Below, in pieces: positions 45,887 through 58,381 of a DNA stretch of 64,000 nucleotides. Position 1 is the stretch's first letter, and every line of letters begins with the position of its first letter. The stretch lies in the NCBI GenBank assembly GCA_965113315.1, contig OZ220368.1; one strand, given 5' to 3'. The notes beneath the pieces were generated by a model. It did not search any database. It was not told where the DNA came from and saw only the letters and a program-made list of their open reading frames with translations. Position numbers and translations under genes: made by a program. Source of the DNA: Podarcis vaucheri. Its lineage: Eukaryota.

Positions 45887-48800
45887 GGCAGGCAATGTTA
45901 GTTCACATCACAGCATGTTGCCTCCCAGTTGCAGTAAGTGAGATTTGTAATTCCAGAGTCAAGATGCTGAGGGTTTCCAGTCAAATCCAGTTCGGAAAGT
46001 AATCCAACAATTGTGCTGAAAGGGGAAACATATTCTGACGGCACCCTGAAGAAAAAGAGAGAAACGGGACATCCATCAGAAGGGGTGCAAAACGTATGCT
46101 TTGGACACAATCAACCAGTCCATCCATCAGGTGTCACAAGACACTCTTGGTTTGTTGGTTTGTTTAAATTACTCCAAGGGTCTTTCTGTACATTGCAGGA
46201 AACCCAGATTTCCAACTGAATGTACACCTGACCTGGAATTCCAGCCTGCCCCAGCTCTCTGACAAGTGTACAATCCACATGTTTGCCTTGTTCACACATT
46301 ATATATTTTTAGGTATACCTTAAAAGCTTAAGCATATACCTAAATAACCAAAGCAAATGTGCGCCTCTGCACATAAGGTAATAACTTCCTGAGCATGAGC
46401 AATAAACGGAAGTCTAACATTCCCAAGCTGTGTCAGGGATTGGCTTTGAATACCTCACCCATTTCAGCTTCCCTCAGATCTAGAAATTAAGCAGCCAGGT
46501 GAAACTCTGTACCCAGCCACCTTTCGTAACTACTAACTACATATTCAACCCTTTTAATGAATACAGCACTTGGCATTATGAAGCGTCATTATTATTCTCA
46601 TTTTACAGAACGCTTCTATGTTCCTTTTGCTGTTACAACCTATTGGGTGCTCTTACTGTGAAGGTATTTATGCAAAAGCCTTTCTTCTTTCAATCCAGGA
46701 AGTAAAGAGAATAGAATATGAAAAAATGAAACTTCTGGCTAGTTCACTGCATATTATTGGGTGGCTGCAGAACTGAGGGCAACATAAAGAGAGCCTGCTG
46801 AAAAGACCAGTGGCCTGTCTAGTCCAGTATCCTGTTCTCACATTGGCCGAGCAGATGCCTATGAGAAGTCTGTAAGCAGCACCTCAGTACAACACCACTT
46901 TCCCAACAGGACTGCAGCCCATAGTCTAATTGGGGGGGGGGCAATAGGGGGGAGCCCAGAGGCAGGGTAGGCAAGAAGTGGGATATGGAAGAGAGAAGCT
47001 GAAAGGAGATGGGGGGCGGAATTCTCTGCAAGGAATCAATTCATACCACTGGCAAGAGTGATCTGTTCCTCTCTTGGCAGCCTGTGGGGTGGGGAAGGCA
47101 GGAGATAGAAGGAAAGAGACACACAGAGATAAGGGGGTTTCAGAAAGAGAGAGAAGGGGTGGCCCCACTCACTCCTTTTTGGCTCTGCCCCACCCATGCT
47201 CACTCCAGGTCTGTCTACCACTGATCCTCAACAGGAGGGGGGGGGGAGGAAAGCAATGGGAAAGCAGCACCTCTGCCACCATCAGATTTTGGGGATCTGA
47301 ACCACCATGGTTGAAAGGCGACTAAGTTACAACAGAACGAGCTGCAGCCCCAGAGTTTGCACAAGTGCTTGTGCTTGCTTGCTTGGACAGGGTTTTCCTC
47401 AGTATGGAATCCCACCACAACCACAGTCTTCTTTTGCTCAGCAACACTCAGCACACTTGCTGAAAAGATGAACAAGGCCTCCCGAGTCCCAAGGCACAGC
47501 TGGAGGCTGATGCTGTCTGTATTTCACAAACAGGAAAACAGGTCGAGACAGTGATGCAACCCACCCACTGCCACTGCAGGCGGAGGTGGCAGAGGCGAAT
47601 CTTGGACCCAACAGAGCTGGTTCACAGGCTTCTGTCTGCCCCACACCCTGCATGGTGATGACAGGGCGATTGCTGTGCTTTCCCATCATTTGCACAGGTG
47701 GGTGAAAGAATCCTCCCAGGCCCAGTATTGCTTCAGATCCCAGTAAAGATCCTCTGAAGGCTGCCCAAGATGCTCTTGTAAGCCCTTAAGGTAAAGAAAC
47801 TGAAGAAAGAGCACCAGGTGTTCTGGGGTTTGCTACAGCGTACTTACCGGTACTAATATATATCTTTGTGGTTGCATTCTCCAGGGCAGTTGCACAACAC
47901 TGCAGGAACAAAACACCCATAATATTTTCCCATCTCCATAGGACAAGACCAGTGCAAGTGTTCTCTGACACCAGCAAATAAACAACCAACAACAACTGCA
48001 CCACCCACCAGAAGTGGCATAAACCAGCAGCAGAGGTCTTCAAGCCAGCAGCCCTTTCTCTGCTCACAGAGCTACCAGGTTGTTACCAACACTCAAGAGA
48101 GACCTGGAGGGGGAACTGAGCAAAGCCTCAGGTGCAGAAAGGTTCCTACTTTCAGAGACTTCAGGAGTCACAGATCACGTTTCCAAGCTTCCCTCTTTAA
48201 CTGGGAGCTCTAGAAACTTGTATAGATGAGTGCTGATGATGGGGGTTCTAAAATGACAAAGACCCACGGCATTTTCCTTAGGATGAGCCATGGCTAATTT
48301 AGTCTTGATTAGGACAAGGGCATTAGAGACAGTGGGAGCTATCCAGTCTGTGGAGAATTTCTTGCATTGAATTTTAGCTTTACTTTTTGACAGGTACCCC
48401 ACACCTACCCATATTGCTGCCCACATTGCTGCCCGGTGCTTTGACCCAGATGGAAATGCCCACCATTTTGCAAGACCCACCCTGACAGGCAAAGAAAGCC
48501 CTTCCCCTCCTCCATCAGGCTGTGCTGTTTTGCAAAGCAGCTGGGGCTCCCTTCCTTCCAGGGTTTCAGGAGGTTCCTTTCCAGTCCTACACAGAAAATT
48601 ACTATAAATAGGCCTGCCTCAAAGCATCCTGAGCATCTGGGAGTCGGCCTCTTCCACACACCCTCCTGTGGCCTTGATTAGCAGCAGCAGCAATGTGGCC
48701 ACTCCCCAAAGTAACAGGCTGGCACTGAGTGATAATTCTCTCTCCCCGCTCCCCAAGGAACAGCTGCTGACATCTCTAGAGATCACGGAGCCCAAGAGAA

Positions 48801-51800
48801 GCAAGGGGGTCTGGCTAGCTGGGGTGGCAGTGGGAGAGAGACTACGAATAAAGGAACCCAAATAGTGAGAACAGCCTCCAACTTCTTGCAAAATACCCCA
48901 AAATGTTCATCATGTTGCCTGTCTGCCTGAAGACATTGCCCAGCCATTTCCTTCCCCGGTAATATGGCACAAATCCTCTCCATTCTGTTCTTTCCATTCA
49001 GAGCCAGACATAGGGCTCATCCAGACTTCATTTTGTGCCACACTTTCCAAACACACATCTGCACTTTAAAGCTGCGTGTCCAAGTGGGTTTTTCTACCCG
49101 TCCTGGCACTTTCCCTGGGAAAACCCTCATTTTACTGCTGAATCATAGCAAAAGACAATCTGCAGAAAACAAGATTGCCATTTGTTCTGATTCAGCGGTA
49201 AGACATGGGTTCCCTAGGGAAAGCGCCTGCAAACAAAAAACCACCAAACACTCAGACACAAAGCTTAAAAAAGCCCATACCTGTACCTAGAAATGTGGCA
49301 CAAAATGAAGACTTGCTAATCTATACACTCAGCAAAACCAGGTAACCTTCAGAGACTGTACCATTTCATATTGTGGGAAGGGATGTCCTATCAATATGTG
49401 TTATTGATGTAAAAATACTCCTCCACTTTTAAAAAGAGGGGTACTGCATGCAGTTTGGCATCAGGAAATGTGATGATATCTCTTTCTGTGTAGAATAGGT
49501 TTTTGTTTTTACACGTGGGAGCATTCAGGCATGCTGCTTGAGCTTGAAGTGCTTACAGTAGAGAAAGAATTTTATGACATGTTGCTGTTGTTTTGCTGAA
49601 CATGTAAGTTCTGCTCTCTCACCCCATCCCATTCTGTTGCCTCCCCTCCCAACTGTCCTCCTCTGAAGGGAAGAAGCCTCATCTAAAAGGCGGAAGCAAG
49701 CACACCTTATTCAGCAAAGGCATCCTACAGCAATTTCCAACTATTACTATCATGGAGGTGATTCTGCCATTCTGACATCTTCAGCAGAGTCAAAGAAGGT
49801 TCCGTAAGCATTTGAACCTGCTGTTAGTCAGACCTCCCACTATAGATACTCCCTGATAATAATTCATCAGTCCCTATTAGGCAGTTGCCCAGGGTCCAAA
49901 ACCAGAAACAAGCCTGATTGAGGGGGCGGGGAATCCTGTAAGACTTAATCAGGGAAGCAGCACTCTCTCCTACCGAAACACCCCATGCAAATGCTATCTC
50001 TACCCCCACATTACCTCAGCAAACATGACCTTGGAAATATGTATTTGTCAAGATAATATGTAGTCCGAGTCTCAGCTCCATCCACCTACATCTGCAAAAT
50101 GGGAATAATTACACTGGCCTACTTTACAATGCTCTGGTAAGGATTACTAAGCTAATGTACATGAAACAGCTCAAGCACTTGAAAGCAGGGGAGGCTGGGG
50201 GGGGGCTGTGCTCTTCCAGGTGTTGTTGGACTACCGCTCACATCATCCTTGACCATCAGCCATGCTGGCTAAAGCAGTTGGGAGTCCAACAATATCTGGA
50301 GAGCCACACGTTCCCCACCCTTGTCCTAAAGTAAATATTAAGTATTTTTATCAGTATCATCATCAAAGGTTGAAAAGCCATGTGAAACAAAGGAAAACAT
50401 ATGCTACATTACAGGGACAGTGCTCTTAATATGCAATAATTAGCTCTCCCTGCGTACCTACAGTGATATAAATGCAGTAGAGTGGTGGTAATTACTATGG
50501 CTTAAACACCAACATGGATCTTTGTTAACTTATCTTCTGATTGGAGCTGAGCGTGAGAAGCTGAGTCAAGTAGTAATATCATGTAAAGCAGGTTCAGCTC
50601 CTACAGGTTGCAGCACATCACACAGGTAACAACACAGGACATCATTTTTTTTAAAAAATAATGTGATATAGCCTCATAGATCTTGTGCAAAAACAAGAGC
50701 TGCCACATCTGTGTCTCATATGAGCCTTACAGTTTCAAAGCTTAGCTTTGCATGGGGCTTGTTCCAGTGCAAGTGGCCTGCACCACACTCTCAAAGAACT
50801 CAGCAAGAAAGGGGAGCCTTTCTTCTCACCGAAATATATTTAGACCTTGATCCTCTTCTACTTGCCACCAAAATATGTTACTTCAGTTTCACCGAGAAAA
50901 CTGAGGGTCTTCCTTGTTCAATAATGTTGTCAAAGGCAAAGCAGCAGCAACATTTATACACATACAGTAATTCCACTGAGAATACACACAAGCCAGCTAC
51001 GATTGTTTTTCCCCATCCCAATTAACTATATCGGTTTAACGACACTATAATTTCTTAATACATCCTGGGATCTGTTGTTTTTATGAGAGTCCTCAAAGAG
51101 TTCTCCAATATGGCAAAAGAAGATGCTAATTCAAAAAGAAGATGCACAGCACAGCACCCCATCATCACAGCTGAACTGTCAGATCAGCACACCAGCAAAT
51201 CAAATGCTAGTTCTCCATCTTGTCTCTCGCCTCCCTCTATCATTTACTCACCCAATACTCCCTCTTCCTCCTCTTGCATAGCTGCCTGGAGAATACCAGC
51301 AAGGAATCAATTCAGTAAGGAATCAGTGCAGTGGGGATGGGTAACCTGTTGCTCATCATCCCTGACCACTGACCATGCTTGCTGGGGCTGCTGGGTGTTG
51401 TAATCCAATAATATCTGGAAGGTACTAGATTGTTGAAAGCTGCTCTACCAAGATGCTCACGGTTTATGTTGACAGTGTGGCCAACTTCTAAAAAGAGAGC
51501 TGCCAGAGCTTTGTACTGGCTGAAGACCCGACCATCTGTGGTGGAAGCCCAGCTCCTTGGCAGCAAATGTGCAGAATGAGGGGGAGTTTAGGTTTAATAA
51601 GCAAGTTCTTCCCATTCCTCCAACTGCAGGCAGCCAGCGTCCTTGAATCGTCTTTTGAAAGGAAAGATACATGAAGATTGGTGCACATGTAGGTGGGTGG
51701 AGAGTGGGGTGGATGGGCTGTGCTTACTCACTAGTGAAGGGAAACTGCTCACAGCCACTACTTAGCATTACTTCACACTCTTTCCAAAACCCAGCTCTGG

Positions 51801-53139
51801 CACTGGGCTAAGCCCTGGCACAAATGAAGCCCTATAGAGCCAGTCTCAGCTACTCAAGGCAAAAGCCACCACTGGCCCCAACTGGTGCTCCCCTTCTCTA
51901 CCCAACTCCTTCTTGCACATAAGTCTTCCACCCTTTTTCTCTGGCAGTGGTGGGGGAGAACTTCCAGGATTGCTCCTGGCATATGCATTCCCAAAGCAGC
52001 TCACTTAAAACAGCAGGCACCAATCATTTCCAAGATGGAACTAGCCTACAGGAATTGCTGTTGGAAACCTGGGCACACGATACATGTTCAACCCCATCGC
52101 CCCGACCCCAAATCTACAGGAGGGATGAGGAACATCTGGCACCTCCTTGCCTCTATACTTCAGCTGTCCTCTGTTCAAGGACATTTTCCAGACTATGACA
52201 TGTCCTTGGTTGCCTGGCTGTTCACAACTTTAGGAAAAACTTCTTTCTCAAAGCAGGCTTCTCAACTCGTATTTAGTGATTTACTCTTGGAAACCGATAA
52301 GGTTCCCAAATACTTCACATTCCCCTCACATTCCCATCTATCTCTGAGAATTAACTAACTAAAATAGCTGGCTATTCTTCTTGCTTGAGGCACAGCCCTG
52401 CATGGGCGTCTATTAAACCACACCCAATGCGAAGAATAGAATTCTAATGTCTGGACTTGCACAGGCTTGCAGACTAAGTAGTTGTGGTTGCCATCAAGGC
52501 AAGTGACTTTTGTCTACTTTTCTTTTCTGGTAATGTGCTTAGCAGAGAGCAGCTGACCCAGTCTTTGATTTTAAAGGAGCGTTGCTGTTATAACATGCAG
52601 TCAGACAAACTGGCAGACAACCGCTCCAAAAGAATTTAATGCAGTCTCTCCCAAATGTTTTCTGAGCGATGCAGCTCAGATATTTCCTTCAATAGGACAC
52701 CCTAAGCAGCAGCAACCTTACAAATGTTTTTACAAACTTTGCAACCTTCCGAGTCTGAAGGCTGGACTACAGATATTGCTGGCCTATAGCTCCCCTCATT
52801 CCTGACCATTCACCAGGCAGGCTGGGGCTGATAGATGCTGGAGTCCAGCAACATATGGAAGGTCACAGGTTCCCCACCCCATAAATTTGACCCACAACTT
52901 TTTATTCTAACAACTGGCAAGACCCTCCCAGATTGAGGTGAGGCTGAACCAGATATATAACAGATACATCAGAATCCAAGAACAAGAGCTGATACAGCTA
53001 TATCAGTGTTCTGTCTTTTACTAAATAATGCAGGGATTCCCCCCACCCCGTCATATATTTCCTATGTTAGTTTCCATGTGGGGAAACCCCAGCTGTAATA
53101 ATAAAGTTCCTTCTATTATAATGGCGTTGCAATTTTAAA

Positions 53140-53302
53140 AGGGGTGTAGCACAGAGGTAGGGCACAATCTTAGCACGCAAAAGTTTACGGGGCCAGGTTC
53201 AATCCCAGACACATCCAGATAGGGTTGTGAAAGATTCCTTTCTGAAGCACCATTGCCAGACAGACTATATGACCAACTGGCTGATTGGCTGCTTATGTTT
53301 CT
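53140..53302 (+). mobile_element. Degenerate tRNA-derived SINE (Squam3-like)
   Basis: ggggtgtagcacag head, ccaggttcaatccc B-box. Confidence 0.55.
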
Positions 53303-53461
53303 CAATGGCTCATCCAGCTTGAAGACGAGTGTAAGTGCACCAAGGAGAGCATCAGATTCAGGCCTTCTCACTGAAGGCTGCAGATGAGAAACTTGTGGCA
53401 AGTTTTGCTGGTTCAGAACAGGTTTCTTCCTGGAGACAAAGTAATCCAGATTAATCTGATA

Positions 53462-54002
53462 CAGTGGTGCCTCGCAAGACAAAATTAATTCGTTCCGCAA
53501 GTTTTTTCTTCTTGCGAGTTTTTCGTCTTGCGAAGCACGGTTTCCCATAGGAATGCATTGAAAATCAATCAATGCGTTCCTATGGAGACCATCCGGGGAC
53601 AGATGGGAAGCGCTGCACGCCTTCCCCTCTGTCCCCGGACCTGTTTAAAGCAAGGTGCAGCGGGGAGAATCACTTCTCCCCGTTGCCGCCCCTTGGTTCA
53701 AAAGGGGTCCGGGGAGAGAGGGGAAGGCGCGCGCGCCTTCCCCTCTGTCCCCGGAGATTGCGGGGCTGGCAACGGGGAGAAGTGATCTTCTCCCCGCCAC
53801 CCCTTGCTTCAAAAGAGGTCCGGGGACAGCAGGGAAGACGCGCTACGCTTCCCCGCTATCCCCGGAGCTTGCAGGGCAAGCTTCGTTTTGCGAAGCAAGC
53901 CCATAGGGAAATGCGTCTTGCGAAGCGGCTAAGAAAACGAAAAACTCCTTCGTCTAGCGAGTTTTTCGTCTTCCGAGGCGTTCGTCTTGCGGGGCACCAC
54001 TG
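53462..54002. mobile_element. Young CpG-rich Tigger/pogo-type MITE (541 bp)
   Basis: TIR cagtggtgcctcgcaagac / gtcttgcggggcaccactg, TA TSD, internal direct and inverted subrepeats. Confidence 0.9.
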
Positions 54003-54034
54003 TACATACCAAGAAATGCTGTTGCCCGAGGGGG

Positions 54035-54036
<2 letters not shown>

Positions 54037-54078
<42 letters not shown>
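54037..54078. repeat. (GA)21 microsatellite
   Basis: Direct reading. Confidence 0.95.
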
Positions 54079-54080
<2 letters not shown>

Positions 54081-54374
54081 ACAATGTTCAGGTTCTGTTC
54101 AGACAGACAGAACCTAGTGCTTCCTGTTCAGCTTTGATTCCACAACATTGAGCTTTTTGATTTACAATGTTTTGTGGCATAGGTTTTTCTGAAGTTGTGC
54201 TCTTAAATACTTAGGCTTCCTGAAATACCATGGAGAAATTACAACAGCCAGTCATCTAGGTTATGACTGTATTTTCCCTTAATTAAGAAAATTAAAGCCC
54301 TATCTGGCATGATTCTATGTGATCCATGCAGGAGGCATGTTTGCAACCCACAACACCGTGTCTGTCCATGGACG

Positions 54375-54532
54375 GGTCACGATTCAGCAGCACTTCTGCG
54401 CATGCGCAAAACGTGATTTAGCGCTTCTGTGCATGAGCGAGCACCGAAACCCGGAAGTAACCCATTCCGGTACTTCCAGGTTTGGCGCAATATGCAACCC
54501 GAAAATGCGCAACCTGAAGCGTCTGTAACCCA

Positions 54533-54534
<2 letters not shown>
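54375..54534. mobile_element. Tigger-type MITE fragment
   Basis: aaacccggaagt motif shared with 24338-24350; ends taacccaaggt like a truncated TIR. Confidence 0.55.

Positions 54535-54566
<32 letters not shown>
54535..54566. repeat. (GT)16 microsatellite
   Basis: Direct reading. Confidence 0.95.
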
Positions 54567-54568
<2 letters not shown>

Positions 54569-54794
54569 TGTTTTAGCTATTTCTGTATATGCAGTTGTTC
54601 TGTTAATGTTTTTATTGAAGTGTAAATTGCTTCAGAATGCCTCATTGGAAGCAATTCATAAATGAAGTAAATAAAATAATAACAAAAAATAACAAACATT
54701 TAAAATCAACATATGGAAAATTATTGATGTTGGAAAACTGGGCAGCTGGTTTTGTCCCTGTCCCCCATGGCTGGCAACTGATGTTCTCCTAAAG

Positions 54795-55224
54795 CAGGGT
54801 GGTCCAACACATGGCCCAAGAGCCACATGCGGCCCTTGAGGCCTTTTTGGGTGGCCCTCAGCAACACTTGATGCCTCCTCCAAACCTTCACACTTCCTTC
54901 CGATAGCCAGGTAAGTGAGGTGCTGGCTTTCGGGGAGGAGCTGTGAGGTCTCTGACAGGGTCAGAGTCCTCCCTTCTCCTTCCCAAAGCCTCCTCAGTGC
55001 TTTCTCAGCTTTGGGAAGGAGGTGAGAGGGCTCTAGGACACTGCCAAAGAATCCTTCCCAAAGTCCAGGGCCTCACTTACCTAGCATGGCAGTGTGAGGG
55101 CAGGGGGAGGCGTGAATTTTTGGCCTCAACCCCCTGCCCCATGTGACAAGGCAGTGTGTGGCCTGTGGGTTCAATGTCAAAACACTTTTGCAGCTCACTT
55201 GGTATGAAAAGTTAGGCCTTCCTG
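54795..55224. mobile_element. hAT MITE with perfect 8-bp TSD
   Basis: tcctaaag at 54787-54794 and 55225-55232; cagg...cctg termini; gcggccc subterminal motif. Confidence 0.8.
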
Positions 55225-58179
55225 TCCTAAAGGCAGGGAAAAAATGATGCCAAATGAGGGCTGGTTTTGTCACCTTTGCTGCAGTAGTTGGGTGTTCCTT
55301 GCAGCAGCAGTAGAGCCAATCAGTTCATCTAATTAATCACTTATGAAGCATTTATTTGGCTAAAAAGGGACCCCCCAGCTTAAACCATCTACAAATGTTT
55401 AAATACTAATATATCCATCACAAATGTTACATCTTAAATGAGGCACCCCCCTTATCCCTCACATGAGAGAGAATGCCTCTCCCAAGTCACTACTATGTGT
55501 ACATCTATGCACTACTTTAAAAGGGGGGATATAGCCAACAAAGTTATTCCATTAGCATAATGACTTCTCCTTTGTGCAGGCAAATCTCCTCTCCTCACCT
55601 CCCCGCCTCTAGAACAGATACCTCACCCTTTGGAGCAAACTGGGGTGGGGATACAAAATACCATTGAACAGGTGGAAATTCTTAAGCTAATGGTACAACT
55701 TCATTGGATATAGCCCAATGGAAGTTATGCTTCTAATTTCAAACATACTATTTTTAACCATATGCAAATTTAATCTATAAATGGGGATGGGGAATGGGGA
55801 ACCAGTGGCCCTTCAACTCCAAGGCCCATCAATCCGATTCAGCATGGCCAATAGTGACAGATGAAAGGAGCTGTAACCCAACACTATCTGGTTCTCCATC
55901 CTTGGTCTATAGATCAATCAACGAATTAACTCATATAATTAAATCAACTGAAATTTCTTTAATTGGAATGCAGTCCTGCGGAGTCTTCATGAGGAAGGGA
56001 AGACAAGTCTCTCTCAAATTAATGACATATCATGTGCAGGAGAGTTTAAATGTCCATAGTCTTCAATTCTGAGTTATATCATACTCAAAATGTATCAGGT
56101 TCAGCACAACAAATTCATTCTCAAATGCTTCAACAAACAAGCTTCCCAACACTTTTTGAGGTTCGCCTCACATTGCTGGTTTTTGAGCAGCAGTAATGAG
56201 TAATGGGTGATGCCTGCCATCAACAATGATGACACAAATCTGGAGATGAATCAGCAATGCATTAAAACAACAACAACCAACCCACCTGCAGCTGTGCGGG
56301 GTCTCAAAAACAGAGTGCCCTTCCTGACATCTTTGCCCGAAAGAAGGCAGCTGAGAAGTGGTCTTGCCACATGACAGGCAGTTCTAATATCTTTCCAGCG
56401 CTGAAAGCCAGAACACACTTCAAATGTTTTCCATGAGAAAATTCCCAAAAGGATTCAATTTCCTGAAGCCATGAGTTCCAAAATGAGACTGCTGCCAGCA
56501 TCATTGGCTATCGCTGCTTTCCTCATTGTTGAGGTCAAGCCCACCCAATGAAGGCACTTCTGCGTCTGCATGACCCTCCCTTGCAGCAATCCTGCTATCA
56601 CAGCAGAATGGCAGAACAAAGCATTAACACACGTACACACCGTCTCATATTACCAGGCTGCAATTGCAAAAGCCAGCAGAATGTGCACAAATTGATTCCT
56701 TGTGACCACGTTAGCTTTCCAAGTCACTTTTTGAGATTCCCTTTTCAGATTTGGTTGTGGTGCTTAACTGTTTGAGAGAAGGAAAGATTGCCTGCCTCTG
56801 AGAAATGTGTCTAACTGTAGAAGAACGAACAAAAGCAGCTAAATGTTCCCAAATTCCTCCACCCTACCCTGCTGTGCAGTGACTAAAGCCTATCCAACAC
56901 AACCTGTTCTCATCCACTGTGCTTCCCACCATCACTAATATGGCATCCAAAGCTCCACTTTGAGGAATCCTATTCCAGGGGACTAATCATATCAATTGGA
57001 ATAGGCTTGCAACAAAACCTTGTATTTTTTTCCTGAGCACAGGTAGGCCATGTACTGAAAGCGAAACATTTATACATAAAACAAATCAGATTGAGTAAAC
57101 ATGAACCCCTTCTCAGACATGCTGCTCTCTGCCATTTTTGCCTCCAGCTGAACACATGACACTATACTATGGGTAGGGAATTTGTGGCCTGCCAGATGTT
57201 GCTGGACTCATCAGCCCCAGCCAGCATCGCCAATGCTCAAGGATGATGGGAGCTGTAATCCAGCAGCACAGGTTCCCTACCTCTGCAGTGAACTATTTCG
57301 ACTTGTGAACTGCCTTGAGATCTACAGGTACAGGGCAGTATACAAATGTAATTAACAACAACAACATATTTAGCAGTCTTCTAATTCCCAACACTTGCAC
57401 TAAGATGACAGAACAGAAAGGGGAAGAGGGGAAGGAGGAGAGGAATGGGGGTTAGAGGTAATAACACAGCTCAAATCAATTTTTCTTTAGTTGTGCTTAG
57501 TTATATCCACAAAGGAGCTGGATTGCCACTCCTCCAACATGGAAGTTCAGAGGCAAGGTGTGAAACACAACCAACCCATCCTTCAAAGCCAGGCCATTAG
57601 CCCCAGGGGATGCTGTCTGCAGGATCACTCAGCAAAGTGGCAGAGGAAAGAGAAGCATTAAGATCAAAGCTCAGCTTCATTTGAGACCAGTGGTCAGGAA
57701 ACGCATATTCACAAGAGACTTATCCCAGCAGAGAAACAATTGCCCTGTTACTCCCTTTATCTCCCTGCTTGCAGGATGTTGCTCCTACATGTGAACAATC
57801 TGCAGCTGTCATTAAGCAGGAATGGATAGGGACAACTGGCAATAATTTGTACAATAGTGGTAGGCCCTATTCAACCACAGCAACTAAGAAAACGGCTGGA
57901 GATGCTTATTTATATACTGCTCAGTTTATGTTGAGGTTAATCTATACAACCATGCATGTAGATTGCTTAGGATTGGCACACACAAAATCCCACCAAATGA
58001 GTATGATCCCAGGGACAAAAGAGTTTGCTTGTGTGCAGGAGAAAAGTATCATGTGAGTTGAACCCGTGATTCCATTTATTTGAGGGCAACCAGAGTGGAA
58101 ACTGAACTTTTAATCTTCCCCTTTCATTTCTTATCACCACCAACCTCAAGCTAGTCTCTTTGTGTTTCATCACTGCTCA

Positions 58180-58381
58180 GAGAAGACCACAGGACGAAAG
58201 GGAGAAACGTGGTAAGAGGAAGAAACATTTGGCAAACCCTCACTATAATCAACTCCCGCCTGGAAACCTATGTCCCCACTGTGGAAGAACTGGCCTCTAC
58301 AATCACTTACGGACTCACTGTTAAAACCATGTTTATGGAAGACTATCTTACTCGGCTATGAGTGATCGTCAAAGAAGAAGG
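58180..58381 (+). mobile_element. RTE-clade LINE 3' end
   Basis: C-terminal zinc-finger remnant LPPGNLCPHCGRTGLYNHLRTHC* followed by a (GAA)n tail. Confidence 0.75.

Noticed and set aside
53528-54117. 181-aa ORF and apparent CpG island as a gene or promoter
   Set aside because: Almost entirely a TA-flanked MITE plus the (GA)n repeat
58304-58318. Paired minus-strand GTAAGT/GTGAGT donors as a DENND2C 5'UTR exon end
   Set aside because: They fall within the RTE zinc-finger codons (HLRTH); no supporting acceptor or exon found
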